Positions 29,609 through 39,996 are shown, counted from the stretch's first letter. The stretch is 64,000 nucleotides of DNA from an uncultured Alphaproteobacteria bacterium (GCA_964522525.1 CAZFWG010000005.1:148-64147); one strand, 5' to 3'. Notes: generated by a model not told the origin, from the letters alone. Program-made: numbers and translations.

Positions 29609-30309
29609 GGGGCGGGATCACGTGAGCCGTCTTGCCAGGGCTCGGGGGAAACGGTTGATCGCTTGTTCAGGCAAAGCAACAACCGTGTCTGACCGGTGTC
29701 TGCAATGGGCGGTGAACGGTGCACGATCCCGCCTCCGGACTCGCCACAGCTTCCCTTGAAGAAGGCGACATCATGGGGCTGGAGATGCTCCAACGGTCCA
29801 TCGAACCGCTTCTGTTCGCTCAGTGCCCGTTCGGCATGGACGTTTTGGACCCATTCGGTTGCCGGTCCCAGATAGGTCGTCACGAGGCGCGCCTCAACAA
29901 AGTCTCGGTGGAATCGCCAGCAGGCATCGTGGTTCACGCGTTCCAATCGGACATCGACAAGATCGGTCCCGGCGATCCCGGCGAACGCCGTGACAAGATC
30001 ATCAATGTCCTTGACCAGCATATCGCGCATGTCCCCACTCGGCATGCCGAGAGTATCAAGCTGGAGTTCCAAGGCCTGCCGAAGGTTGGCGGGTTGGACA
30101 AGAACTCGCAGGTCCGGCAGGTCTGAAGGCTCTAGCTGCTCCAACCACGCTTTCAGACACAGGGGCAGTGCGCGACGCCAGATCACAAGATCAACATCCG
30201 GCTTCTCAATGGCGGCGAGGCCATCAATGGCCTCGCACAGCGCGATGCCCGTATTCTGAGCGGCGGTTTCCGCGAAGGACAGACTTTCGGATACGGAGAG
30301 ATCCGTCAT
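29605..30309 (-). CDS. DUF1826-like protein (frequent cobW neighbour)
   Basis: 234-aa ORF translationally coupled on both sides (ATGA overlaps at 30306-30309 and 29605-29608). No catalytic motif is recognisable. The family assignment is from memory of DUF1826 genomic context. Confidence 0.55.
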   Translation of the reverse strand: MTDLSVSESLSFAETAAQNTGIALCEAIDGLAAIEKPDVDLVIWRRALPLCLKAWLEQLEPSDLPDLRVLVQPANLRQALELQLDTLGMPSGDMRDMLVKDIDDLVTAFAGIAGTDLVDVRLERVNHDACWRFHRDFVEARLVTTYLGPATEWVQNVHAERALSEQKRFDGPLEHLQPHDVAFFKGSCGESGGGIVHRSPPIADTGQTRLLLCLNKRSTVSPEPWQDGSRDPAP

Positions 30310-31535
30310 GCTTCACCCGCCTGCTTCCAGGCCGGAAACGGATCTTTGAGTTTTTTCCACGCTTTGAGCTGCAAGGCTTCGCCATCCGGCATGAGACAAC
30401 TGTCAAGCCGGCGCCGGATCGCCGCCTCATCCATATCCGTCCCGATAAAGACAATTTCCTGACGGCGGTCACCGTATACGGCATCCCAGGTGTTGCCCAT
30501 AAAGCTCCGCCACTCCGGATCATCCGGCCACCGCTCTTTGGGCACATTCGCCCACCAGAACCCGGCGGCCTCATGACGGATAATCGCGCCGGCCTGGCTT
30601 ACCTCGCCAACCCATTCCGGACGCGTTGCGAGCCAGAAATGACCCTTGGCGCGGATGACCCCTTCTGGCCATGAAGAATTGAGGAAGGTATGGAACTTGA
30701 ATGGATGAAAGGGACGGCGGGCCCGATAAACGAAGCTGCGCACGCCATATTCTTCCGTCTCCGGCTTGTGCTCTACAAAATCGTACAGCTCCTTGAACCA
30801 CAGCGGATGTTCCTGGGCCTTTTCATGGTCAAACCGGCCGGTATTCAAAACCTTGTCCAGGGGCACGCGCGACATGCTCGTTTCAATCAAATCCGCATCA
30901 GGATTGAGTGACCGGATGATCTTGCGCGCGGCATCGCGTTGTTCGGGCGTGGCGGCGTCAATCTTGTTGAGGATGATGACGTCGGCGAATTCAATTTGTT
31001 CAACCAGAAGGCTGACAAGCGTGCGGTTGTCCTCCTCGCCGAGGGATTCGCCCCGATCCGTCAGAAAATCCGTGGATGCGTAGTCGCGCAGCAGGTTTGC
31101 CGCATCGACGACAGTGACCATGGTATCCAGCCGCGACACGTCAAGCAGGCTGTCACCTTCTTCAGTACGGAAATTGAAAGTTGCCGCAACGGGGAGCGGC
31201 TCCGAGATTCCCGTCGATTCAATGAGGAGGTAGTCGAACCGGCCATCTTCCGCAAGGCGTCGGACTTCCTGGAGCAAGTCATCCCGTAACGTGCAGCAGA
31301 TACAGCCATTGGTCATTTCGACCAGCGTTTCTTCCGTACGGCTCAGATCCGCCCCGCCATCCCGGATCAGATCCGCGTCGATGTTGATCTCGCTCATGTC
31401 ATTGACAATAACGGCGACGCGTTTGCCCTCACGATTGTTGAGAATGTGGTTCATCAACGTGGTCTTGCCCGCACCCAGAAACCCCGAGAGTACCGTCACT
31501 GGCAGGAGGGAATCGGTCATGGTCGCTGCGGTCAT
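30306..31535 (-). CDS. CobW/COG0523 family GTPase, zinc metallochaperone (ZigA/YciC-like)
   Basis: P-loop [10 protein letters not shown], metal-binding GCICCT, switch regions, and a C-terminal CobW_C domain with a His/acidic-rich segment. It is divergent from zur. Confidence 0.85.
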   Translation of the reverse strand: MTAATMTDSLLPVTVLSGFLGAGKTTLMNHILNNREGKRVAVIVNDMSEINIDADLIRDGGADLSRTEETLVEMTNGCICCTLRDDLLQEVRRLAEDGRFDYLLIESTGISEPLPVAATFNFRTEEGDSLLDVSRLDTMVTVVDAANLLRDYASTDFLTDRGESLGEEDNRTLVSLLVEQIEFADVIILNKIDAATPEQRDAARKIIRSLNPDADLIETSMSRVPLDKVLNTGRFDHEKAQEHPLWFKELYDFVEHKPETEEYGVRSFVYRARRPFHPFKFHTFLNSSWPEGVIRAKGHFWLATRPEWVGEVSQAGAIIRHEAAGFWWANVPKERWPDDPEWRSFMGNTWDAVYGDRRQEIVFIGTDMDEAAIRRRLDSCLMPDGEALQLKAWKKLKDPFPAWKQAGEA

Positions 31536-31599
31536 CTTCTTTCCTGTAATTCATTTGATGGGTTAAGGCTGGCTTGAAGCTCACATTGGTACAATGTAT

Positions 31600-31616
31600 C
31601 ACTATATGCAATAGTG
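31600..31616. promoter_or_regulatory. Inverted repeat CACTAT-atgca-ATAGTG in the zur/cobW divergent intergenic region (candidate Zur/Fur-family operator)
   Basis: Seen directly: ggtacaatgtatCACTATatgcaATAGTGtagc, AT-rich, 30 nt upstream of zur ATG 31645. It is not the gammaproteobacterial Zur-box consensus. Confidence 0.35.
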
Positions 31617-31644
31617 TAGCGTTCGCCCAAAGGTACGGCTCAAC

Positions 31645-32130
31645 ATGGCCCGCCAAAACCGGACAACCGTAAAGCCACCCGAAGCCGCTCCGCAGACCGG
31701 CCTGAGTGCCGCGATTGCAACTTGCAGATTGCGGGGCGTGCAAATTACACCGCTCCGGGAGAAAGCGCTGGCGGCGCTTTGGGCTGCGGCTCGACCGCTA
31801 GGCGCCTATGAGCTGCGTGAAATCCTCACGAGGGAGATGGAGCGGACATTGGCCGCGCCGAGCATCTACCGAACACTCGAGTTTCTGTGCCAACAAGGGG
31901 TGGCCGCGCGGATCGAAAGCCTGAATGCCTATGTTGCCTGCGCACACCCGGAGCATGATCATGCATGTGTAATGTTTGTCTGCGAACAATGTGGCCGGAC
32001 AACGGAGGTCGAAAACGAGACGCTGGAGCGTCTGCTCGCAGCGGACGCTGAAAGTCTCGGCTTCGCCATAGAACATCACGTTCTGGAGCTTTCCGGTTCC
32101 TGTGCGGATTGTCGAGCTGAAGGCGTATGA
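31645..32130 (+). CDS. zur: Fur family transcriptional regulator, zinc uptake regulator Zur
   Basis: Winged-helix N-domain (ITPLREKALAALWAAARPLGAYELREIL) plus HxxH...CxxC metal sites (CAHPEHDHACVMFVCEQCG...CADCR). It is divergent from the cobW operon. Confidence 0.8.
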   Translation: MARQNRTTVKPPEAAPQTGLSAAIATCRLRGVQITPLREKALAALWAAARPLGAYELREILTREMERTLAAPSIYRTLEFLCQQGVAARIESLNAYVACAHPEHDHACVMFVCEQCGRTTEVENETLERLLAADAESLGFAIEHHVLELSGSCADCRAEGV

Positions 32131-32327
32131 CGACCTCAGACCGTTCTTTCGATGAAGCGCCCATGCAGGATTGGGAGGCACGCGTCCAACGTGCCGATCA
32201 ATCCGTCGAGACACGTGGACTGCGCAGCGGCGTCAACCTCATCCTCAGCCGCTTTGGTCAGGGCGAACCTCGCGCCTTTGGGTTCACCGAACCTGAAGAC
32301 ATGTTCGGCTTTGGATTTCATTTATAA
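32127..32327 (+). CDS. Small acidic hypothetical protein (66 aa) translationally coupled to zur
   Basis: Its start overlaps the zur stop (ATGA at 32127-32130). High third-position GC. No recognisable domain. Confidence 0.3.
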   Translation: MTTSDRSFDEAPMQDWEARVQRADQSVETRGLRSGVNLILSRFGQGEPRAFGFTEPEDMFGFGFHL

Positions 32328-32532
32328 GAAGGGGCCCAGTTCCGAGTCGAGGCGAAGCCCGTCGCGACAGGGGCCTTGGATGTCTGGGCGTGCGCGATGC
32401 CACGTGGATCGATGTCTCGTTTTATTCTGTCTTCAGATGGGTTTTGCACGGTATCCATTCGTTTTGATCCCATCCTTGCGGAAGACTACTTCGATGGCGG
32501 CCTGGCGTTGCCTCGCAAAGCGCGCGACATTC

Positions 32533-33078
32533 TCAGAACGGGTTCATCGTGTAGCCATCCTGTTGCAGAAGAGCATGCGCGGTCATGGCGGAGATGGCCA
32601 GGCGGACGCCGGGCAGAAAATCGTCCTTGGTGAGTTCCTGGGATGCGGCACTCTGGCCACAGACGATGATCTGAACATTGTGCTCAAGCAGGGCAGCCAC
32701 CAGGGGTGCATTGGCGTTTTTCTCTTCCTGTTGGGCCGTGTAGACCGCATCCTTGGTCACGTCGAGCACGGCGCCGCCGTGGAGCACCAGGGCGAGATGC
32801 ATGTTTTCAGGTTTCACCCCGGCTTCGACATGCATGTTGAGAAAGCGCGCGGCGGTGACGAGTTGTCGGTTGAGCTGCCCTGCCCCAGCCCGCGTCGTCA
32901 GATCATAGCTGACTTTGAAGAGCGTTCCCGCCGGCACCGGCTTGGCGCCGTCCACGGTGGCGATAAGGCCGAAATCGGGAATGAGCAGACCCGGATGAAA
33001 TGCATCGGGCGAGGCGTGGGCGGGCAGAGTGGTTGCCGCAATCCAGGTGATACTGGCAAAGACGGTTTTTATGAGCAT
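32533..33078 (-). CDS. DsrE/DsrF-like family protein with signal peptide
   Basis: Signal MLIKTVFASITWIAATTLPAHA, then a DsrE-like fold (LALVLHGGAVLDV...IIVCGQSA). The overlapping 349-aa plus-strand ORF is judged spurious. Confidence 0.65.
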   Translation of the reverse strand: MLIKTVFASITWIAATTLPAHASPDAFHPGLLIPDFGLIATVDGAKPVPAGTLFKVSYDLTTRAGAGQLNRQLVTAARFLNMHVEAGVKPENMHLALVLHGGAVLDVTKDAVYTAQQEEKNANAPLVAALLEHNVQIIVCGQSAASQELTKDDFLPGVRLAISAMTAHALLQQDGYTMNPF

Positions 33079-33190
33079 GGCTCGGGCTCCCCTAAGAATT
33101 CAGCGGCTCTATCCCGCAGGCGAACGGGCGCGCGCCCATCCACCTCTCGATCTTTACCCCACGGGCTGGTCGGAAGGGCGCGAATAGGAA

Positions 33191-33218
33191 TTGACACCTG
33201 ACAGCACCGTCATATGAG
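33191..33218 (+). promoter_or_regulatory. Candidate sigma70-type promoter (TTGACA-N16-TATGAG)
   Basis: Seen directly in the DsrE/HxlR intergenic region. Weak -10. Orientation is toward the HxlR-like gene. Confidence 0.2.
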
Positions 33219-33464
33219 TTTTCTCTTGTGATCTGTCTATTACGATCTGCGCCGCTTTCCAGCTGCTCTTTTCAGGATTAGATCGGGATGACCTAAGTAA
33301 CGCAACCCTTATTCAAGGCGGGTCCCTCTGATGGTTCGGCTGCACCTGCTCTCGCGCCAATTCATTCTGTCTACGTTTCTTTTGATCGTGCACCATCGGC
33401 TGCAATTGAGAAGGGGAAGCGAGGGCGCAAAGCGGTCATCGATGCCGGCGTCAAGCCGCGCGGC

Positions 33465-33773
33465 ATGCCGATTATCGGCGGGAACTGGATGGGGTCGATT
33501 CTCTGGCACCTGAAGGACGGACCGGTCCGTTTCAATGATCTGGCCCGCATGATTGCCGGGGCCAGCAAGAAGATGATTGCGGAGCGCCTACGCCAGTTGG
33601 AAACCCACGGTCTCGTCGAACGACAAGTTCTGGAGACATCCCCTGTATCTGTTCAGTACACGACAACCCCACTTGGGGCGTCGGCCCTCGGCTTCCTTGA
33701 TGGTTTACGGAAATGGAGCGAGGCCCTGCCGGACGGGCGCACAAACGGACGCGGCTCGCGCACGGGTACTTGA
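33465..33773 (+). CDS. HxlR family (winged-helix) transcriptional regulator, N-terminally short
   Basis: MPIIGGNWMGSILWHLKDGPVRFNDLARMIAGASKKMIAERLRQLETHGLVERQVLETSPVSVQYTTTPLG matches the HxlR core (IGGKW...RF.EL). No in-frame ATG/GTG/TTG lies upstream within the open frame from 33297, so helix 1 appears to be missing. Confidence 0.6.
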   Translation: MPIIGGNWMGSILWHLKDGPVRFNDLARMIAGASKKMIAERLRQLETHGLVERQVLETSPVSVQYTTTPLGASALGFLDGLRKWSEALPDGRTNGRGSRTGT

Positions 33774-33778
33774 GCTCC

Positions 33779-35161
33779 TCACGGCGTATCGGAAACACTG
33801 CCGGGATCGATGGACCCGGCCGCGACATAAAGCGTGATGATCGCATCGGCCAAATCCGCTTCCACCTCCACGAAACCTTCCCGGCTTGAAATCAGGGTAC
33901 GCTGACCATCAAGAATATCGATGAATGTTGCGAGGCCTTCTCGATAAAGCGCATTAAGCTGATTGAAGGCGCGCTCACTGGCTTCGATCGCAACAAGAAT
34001 GGATGCCCGCTGTTCCAGGATCCCCTCGATATCCGCAAAGGCATCCTCGATTTCCTGCAACGCACTGAGGACGGAGAGTTCATAGGTCAGCCGTGCGTTC
34101 TGGGCGCGCGCCCGCGCCGCGCGAACTTCCGCCCGCCGACGGCCCGCATCAAGGAGCGGGATGTCGAGGACCGCGCTCAAACCCGCGCTTAGCGATCCCG
34201 CCAGAAACTGCGTCCCGCCGACACTTGCCGACACCTGCCCCGGCAGACGCAGAGCTGGATAGAGATCGGCCTGTTCAATACCGATCGCAGCGGTGGACGC
34301 CTTGAGCTGGGCTTCCGCAAACCTGACATCGGGACGGTTCCGGACAATCGCGGCGGGAAGGCTTTTCGGGGGCTCGCCCTCGAACACGGGCACGGAGACA
34401 TCTTCCTCCGTGGGCGCCATTGTGATGGTTCCCGTCGGACGGCCGAGCAGGACGGCCAGGGCGTTCGCGGCCTGGGTCCGATTGGCCGCAAGAAAACCCC
34501 TTTGGGATCGGGTAATAGCGAGATCGGCCGCGGCGCGTTGGACATCGAGATCCGAAGACAGACCGGCGGAACGCCGCTGACGAACAATCTCGAGGGTCTG
34601 TTGCTGCAGCTCCAGGGAGCGGTCAAGAAGGCCAAGCTGGGCCTCGTTGCGACGCAATTCCACGTACGTGCTTGCCACGGCGCCAACCGTCAAGCGGCGG
34701 ACATCCGCCAGGGCCACGACCTCCACTTCCGCCAGGGCCTGTGACTGCTCCAGCCGCCGGCGCAGCCCGCCCGCGATGTCCAGGATCAGACTGAAGACAG
34801 GCCCGGCGGAGGCGCCGGTCTGCGTACCGGCAAAATCCGTACGCTGGACATTGCCGTTCGCCGTACCATCGAGAATCGGGAAAAAATCCGAGCGGGCCGC
34901 ACGGACAAGGGATTGGGCCTCTGCCACCCGAGCCAAGGCGATCCCGATTTCCAGATTGTTCTCAAGAGCCTGCTCGACGAGGTCGTTGAGGAACGGATCG
35001 CCAAAGCCCGCCCACCATTTCTGTTCCGGGCTCTGGTCGATAGCCTCCGCCTGCGCATCACCCAGCCGTGGCGGCAGGTCAAACTCGGGGGACACATAGT
35101 CCGGCCCGACGGCGCAGCCTGAAAGCAGAAGCGCGGCAAGAAAGGCACCAGGGGATCTCAT
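33779..35161 (-). CDS. RND efflux outer-membrane factor lipoprotein (NodT family)
   Basis: Internal ATG 35161 gives MRSPGAFLAALLLSGCAVGPDY with a lipobox. Two OEP repeats. The start overlaps the RND pump stop (ATGA at 35158-35161). Confidence 0.85.
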   Translation of the reverse strand: MRSPGAFLAALLLSGCAVGPDYVSPEFDLPPRLGDAQAEAIDQSPEQKWWAGFGDPFLNDLVEQALENNLEIGIALARVAEAQSLVRAARSDFFPILDGTANGNVQRTDFAGTQTGASAGPVFSLILDIAGGLRRRLEQSQALAEVEVVALADVRRLTVGAVASTYVELRRNEAQLGLLDRSLELQQQTLEIVRQRRSAGLSSDLDVQRAAADLAITRSQRGFLAANRTQAANALAVLLGRPTGTITMAPTEEDVSVPVFEGEPPKSLPAAIVRNRPDVRFAEAQLKASTAAIGIEQADLYPALRLPGQVSASVGGTQFLAGSLSAGLSAVLDIPLLDAGRRRAEVRAARARAQNARLTYELSVLSALQEIEDAFADIEGILEQRASILVAIEASERAFNQLNALYREGLATFIDILDGQRTLISSREGFVEVEADLADAIITLYVAAGSIDPGSVSDTP

Positions 35162-38100
35162 TGTCCGTCGCCCCCCGATCCAGGAGGATCGAGCCGCTCG
35201 GCCTCGGCGAGTTCCCGCGCCAAGGCTTCCGCCTGGGCGGCCCGGGGACGGCCCAGGCCCGCAATACCGAGATAAAGGACCGGCGTCAGAAATAAGGTGA
35301 AGATGGCGGCCAGACCAAGGCCGCCGAACACGGTCCACCCCACCGAGGCGCGGGCCTCGGCGCCCGCACCGCTGGCCAAAACGAGCGGCAAGGCACCGAT
35401 CACCGTGGAGAACAAGGTCATGACGATGGGGCGCAAACGGATGGTCGCGGCCTCATAGACGGCCTCCCGAACGTTCCGCCCTTCCACCCGGAGCTGGTCG
35501 GCGAACTCCACCAGGAGAACGCCATTCTTGGCCATCAAACCGATCAGCATGACGAGGCCGATTTGGGAGAAGATGTTGAGCGAGACGCCCGACAGGAAAA
35601 GGGCATAGATCGCCGCCGCAAGAGCGAAGGGCACCGACAACATGATCACGACGGGGCTTGTCAGGCTCTCGAACTGGGCCGTCAGAACCAGGAACACGAT
35701 CACGAAAGCGAATGCATAGGTGAGCGCAAGTTCGTTGGTGGTCTCATCCAGGGTTGCCGCCGCGCCCTGGAGCAACAATTCGATGCCCTCCGGCAGGATT
35801 TCATCCGCCAACCGCTCAAGCTCGGCCACGGCGTCGGCCAACGGCACATCGTCGGCAATATCCGCATCGACCTCGATGGCCCGCCGCTGCGCGGTGCGGT
35901 CAAGTTCGGCCGCCACCCCTTCCTCGACAATCGTGGTCAGACTGGAGAGAGGAATGAGGTCGCCGTTTCCCGACCGGACATAGAGATTGCGCAGATCCGT
36001 GGGGCTCGAGATCGCGCCGGTCTTCGACTCCAGGTAGATGGGGATGGCCTCGTTGCCGACATTCAGATCCACGACCTCGTCACCGCCGACCATGTAGCGC
36101 AAGGTCGCCGACAGTTCATCAAGCGACACACCCAGATCCGACGCCCGCCGACGATCGATCCGGATCGACAGTTGGGGTTGAGTCGGCTGATAGGAAATTT
36201 GCGCATTAAACAGAAGGTCCGAACGCGTGTCGATGGCATCGGAAAGCGCGCGTGCTGCCTTGAAGATCATCGGATAGTCAGGGCCGGTCAGGGCGACCTC
36301 CAGGCCCGAACGACGACCACGTCCAACCTGCAAGCTGCCCCGCCCGAACACACTGACCCGGGCGCCGGGAATCTGGCCCATGCGTCGCCGCAATTCGGCA
36401 ATCAAGTCCTGTTGGCTGCGATCCCGTTGCGACCAGGGTGCCAGAGGCGCCGTCACGAAGACGATGTTGGGATCGAAACGACCAACCACGGTAAACAGGG
36501 ATTGGATTTCCCCCGTCTCACGATAGGGGTCGAGGACGGCTTCGATGGCGTCCGACTGGCGCTGCATATAGTCAAGGCCCACACCGTCCGGACCCACTGC
36601 AAAGATGAAGACCACGCCGCGGTCTTCGGGCGGCAAGAGTTCCTGATCCAGTGCCGAATAAAGAAAGACGGCTCCTGCGGCGGTCCCGATGGACAGGGCA
36701 AGCGTGATGAGAGGCGCCCCCAAAGCCAGCCGAAGGAGCCGACCGTAGACATTTGTCAGAGAACGGCCAATCCGGCGCAGTGGCGTCTCGGCCGCATCAT
36801 CGGTTGTCAGCGTCAGCCGCGCCGCCAAGGCGGGCACCAGGGTCAGGGCAACGAAGGATGAAATGACCACGGACAAAGCCAGCGTGAACCCGAATTCCCG
36901 GAACAGCCGCCCCGCCGTCGAGGGCAGGAAGGAAATCGGCACAAAGACCGCCACCAGAACAACCGTGGTCGCGACAACGGCAAAGAAGACCTGCCGGGCG
37001 CCCAGGACGGCGGCCGCGCGCCGTCCATATCCCTTTGTCTGCAAGCGATGGATATTCTCCAGCACCACAATGGCGTCATCGACGATGAGGCCGGTGGCCA
37101 GGACGAGCGCAAGCAGGGTCAGCAGGTTGATCGAGAAGCCGGACAGCCAGATTCCGGCCAAGCTGCCGACCAGGGCCGCAGGGATGGCGGTGCTCGGAAT
37201 GAGGGTTGCGCGCAGGGAGCCGATGAAAAGCCAGATCGTTGCGATGACGATCAAGACCGTCAATCCCAGACTGATCAGGACTTCCCGTACCGACCCTTGA
37301 ATGAAAACAGCGTCATCGGATGAAACGACGATATCGATATCGTCAAAACGGGCATTGAGGCGCGCCACCCGCGCTTTCACCAACTCGGAGATCTGGATGG
37401 TGTTGGACTGGGCCTGGCGAATGACGCCAAGCCCGATGATGGGCTGGCCATCGAGTTGGGTGAAGCTCGTCGCGTCGGCGGGCGCAAAAAAGGCTTCAGC
37501 GATATCGCCAACCCGGGTGCCATTGGAAATGATCACGTCCTTGATGCGTTCCGGAGTCGCGGCGGTGGCCTCGGCGCGGACAATGAGTTCCTGATCTTCC
37601 GAACGGAAACTGCCCACGGGCACGTCGAAGGGCGCCTGCTGAAGCGCGGTCACCACATCACTGACCACCAGGCCAAAGCGGCTCATCCGCAAGGGATCGA
37701 TGACCACACGCAGCTGACGCGCCCGGGCACCGAAAAGGGTGACCGTGGCAACCCCGTCGATGGTCTGGATCTCCGGCACAATGTCGTTTTCGATGATCCG
37801 GGTCAGTGCGGTCTCGTCATAGGTCGGCCCCACCACCGCAAGGGTCAGGATCGGGCTTGCATCGTCATCGGCTTTGGTGATCCGGACCTGTTCCGTGCGG
37901 TCGGGCAGATCGCGGGTGATCCGGCTCACGGCCTCACGCACGTCGGACGCCGCCGTATCCAGATCCGTACCGGGATTGAAATCGATCCGGATGCGGCTGT
38001 TGTTCTCCTCGCTTGAGGAGCGGATCTGACGCACGCCCGGCACCCTGGCGATGGCGCCCTCGATAATGCTGGTGACTTCCGCGTCCATGGTCTCGGGCGC

Positions 38101-38277
38101 GGCACCGGGCAGCGTGGCCGAGACCGTCACCCGGGGCCGGTCCACATCCGGCAGTTCCCGGACCTCAATGGCATAGACCGCGGCCAGTCCGGCAATCACC
38201 ACCATCAGATTGAGGACGCCGGCCAAAAGCGGACGGCGCACCGACAAGGACGGAAGGTCGTCCCGATCGGCGGTCAT
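35158..38277 (-). CDS. RND efflux transporter permease (AcrB/HAE family)
   Basis: 1039 aa, 12-TM AcrB architecture. The start overlaps the adaptor stop (ATGA at 38274-38277). Confidence 0.9.
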   Translation of the reverse strand: MTADRDDLPSLSVRRPLLAGVLNLMVVIAGLAAVYAIEVRELPDVDRPRVTVSATLPGAAPETMDAEVTSIIEGAIARVPGVRQIRSSSEENNSRIRIDFNPGTDLDTAASDVREAVSRITRDLPDRTEQVRITKADDDASPILTLAVVGPTYDETALTRIIENDIVPEIQTIDGVATVTLFGARARQLRVVIDPLRMSRFGLVVSDVVTALQQAPFDVPVGSFRSEDQELIVRAEATAATPERIKDVIISNGTRVGDIAEAFFAPADATSFTQLDGQPIIGLGVIRQAQSNTIQISELVKARVARLNARFDDIDIVVSSDDAVFIQGSVREVLISLGLTVLIVIATIWLFIGSLRATLIPSTAIPAALVGSLAGIWLSGFSINLLTLLALVLATGLIVDDAIVVLENIHRLQTKGYGRRAAAVLGARQVFFAVVATTVVLVAVFVPISFLPSTAGRLFREFGFTLALSVVISSFVALTLVPALAARLTLTTDDAAETPLRRIGRSLTNVYGRLLRLALGAPLITLALSIGTAAGAVFLYSALDQELLPPEDRGVVFIFAVGPDGVGLDYMQRQSDAIEAVLDPYRETGEIQSLFTVVGRFDPNIVFVTAPLAPWSQRDRSQQDLIAELRRRMGQIPGARVSVFGRGSLQVGRGRRSGLEVALTGPDYPMIFKAARALSDAIDTRSDLLFNAQISYQPTQPQLSIRIDRRRASDLGVSLDELSATLRYMVGGDEVVDLNVGNEAIPIYLESKTGAISSPTDLRNLYVRSGNGDLIPLSSLTTIVEEGVAAELDRTAQRRAIEVDADIADDVPLADAVAELERLADEILPEGIELLLQGAAATLDETTNELALTYAFAFVIVFLVLTAQFESLTSPVVIMLSVPFALAAAIYALFLSGVSLNIFSQIGLVMLIGLMAKNGVLLVEFADQLRVEGRNVREAVYEAATIRLRPIVMTLFSTVIGALPLVLASGAGAEARASVGWTVFGGLGLAAIFTLFLTPVLYLGIAGLGRPRAAQAEALARELAEAERLDPPGSGGDGQ

Positions 38278-39386
38278 GGCCGTTCCTCCTGGGCCGGTTC
38301 GGCAGAACCGTCGGGCACTCCAATGGCCTGGACGCGACTTCCCTGCCGGACCTTTTGAACGCCTTCAACCACGACCTGATCACCTTCGCCGAGGGCGCCG
38401 TCGACCAGCACGGTACCCTCGCGGCGGGCAACGATGGCCACAGGCTCCCGCTGCGCCTCGCCGTCGCGGATAGCCCACAGATAAGAGCCGTCGCTGCCCC
38501 AGAGGATCGCGACTTCCGGCACGGCGGGATAGGTCTGGCCGGGAAAGGCAACATTGATCTCGAAGCTCATGCCCGGTCGCCAGATATCCTCTGCGTTGTC
38601 GAGCTCGGCTCGAACGGTGAAGGTGCGCCTTTGCGGCTCGATCTGGCTTGCGACATAGACGACCGTGGCCTCAAGGCTGCGATCGGGCGCTGAAAAGGGC
38701 GTGGCGGTCACGGTCGTGCCAATGATCAAGCGTTGGAACGCCTGCTCCGGTGCCTCGAAGTCGATATAGAGGACTTCCCGGTCGTCGAGTTGGGTGATCA
38801 CGGTTGTGGGCGTAATCCGGGCGCCGGGATCAACAGTCGTCAGCCCGACATGACCGGCAAAGGGCGCGACGACCGTGCGTTGATCCTGGTTCTCCTGGGC
38901 CTGCTCAAGCTGGAGCTTTGCCGACTCCAGCGTGGTCCGCGCCTCGTCGATCTGAGAATCGGAGACTGCGCCCGTGTTCTCGATGCGGCGATACCGGGCC
39001 AGCAGCTGCTCGGCCACGCGCACGGACACCTCCGCGAGGCGGACCGCCAAACGTTCCCGGGTGTCCTCAAGGCGCAAAAGCGGCTGCCCGGCCTCGACGA
39101 AATCGCCGGCCTCGAAAAGCACCTCTGTGACCTCGCCCCCGGCTTCCGCATAAATGGTCACGCTTGCCCGCGCGCGCGCCGTGCCGACCGCCTCGATCCG
39201 CATGACATCCTGGACAAGCTGCACGGTCTCGAGGCGCACGGACACCGGCCCACCCCGGCCCCGGCGCCCTCCACCGCCGTTCTGCTCCTGACCACAGGCC
39301 AGGAGGACGAGCGCCGCCAACCCGACAAAAGCGCTTCGCCTGGCCCAGGTCAGTCTGGACTTATTCTGCCGCTCAAGCGTGGCCAA
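38274..39386 (-). CDS. RND efflux periplasmic adaptor (MFP) lipoprotein
   Basis: TTG 39386 gives MATLERQNKSRLTWARRSAFVGLAALVLLACGQEQ with a lipobox, followed by HlyD-like hairpin, lipoyl and beta-barrel domains. The ORF-track start at 39848 adds an implausible 150-aa low-complexity leader. Confidence 0.75.
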   Translation of the reverse strand: MATLERQNKSRLTWARRSAFVGLAALVLLACGQEQNGGGGRRGRGGPVSVRLETVQLVQDVMRIEAVGTARARASVTIYAEAGGEVTEVLFEAGDFVEAGQPLLRLEDTRERLAVRLAEVSVRVAEQLLARYRRIENTGAVSDSQIDEARTTLESAKLQLEQAQENQDQRTVVAPFAGHVGLTTVDPGARITPTTVITQLDDREVLYIDFEAPEQAFQRLIIGTTVTATPFSAPDRSLEATVVYVASQIEPQRRTFTVRAELDNAEDIWRPGMSFEINVAFPGQTYPAVPEVAILWGSDGSYLWAIRDGEAQREPVAIVARREGTVLVDGALGEGDQVVVEGVQKVRQGSRVQAIGVPDGSAEPAQEERP

Positions 39387-39996
39387 TGGGCTTCCCCTGT
39401 ATCGGTGTTGTGTCCGCCCATGGCGTGACCGGATTGCCAAGACGCCGCTGTCCCCTTTTTCGTGCCTTGCCCCCGTGCCAGCCATGCACAAGGTCTGGCC
39501 ATGCGGTTTCAGCCGTCCGGTCCCAACATGCATGGGCCTTCCCCCACACCATCGCAAAAAAATCGAAACCGTCCATGATGGAGGATGTCGCGCGTCTATC
39601 TCGGTGGCCACGTTGCGCGCTCCTCCCCGGCGGCGTTGCCGCTCCTCGGTTGTGGAGACAGGTATCGCGTCGCCAAGCATGACCAGACATGCGTTGACCT
39701 TGACGCAACAGGGGCTCGGGTGAAGGAACGGCCACATATCCATTTTATCTTTGTACCTTGTTTCTGGTTGTTGGGTTTCTGCGGTCTGGGCTTCCGGCAT
39801 CCGGTTCTTGCGGCGCACGCCATTTGTCCGCGCCTCGAGAAATGACACGGCTCAAGGTATCGATATTCACGCGCTGGAAACGGAAACTCGACGAACGGCA
39901 AAGCTGAAACGCCGAACGGTCGCAATTGGGTGTTCAGCGGGCTGTAACGGCCGGGTATGATCCAAGGCAGGAAGTCTGGAAGACGGGTCGGGAACC

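Noticed and set aside
32152-33201. 349-aa plus-strand ORF overlapping the DsrE-like gene
   Set aside because: Its translation has no recognisable features. The minus-strand DsrE-like ORF has a signal peptide and a conserved fold motif.
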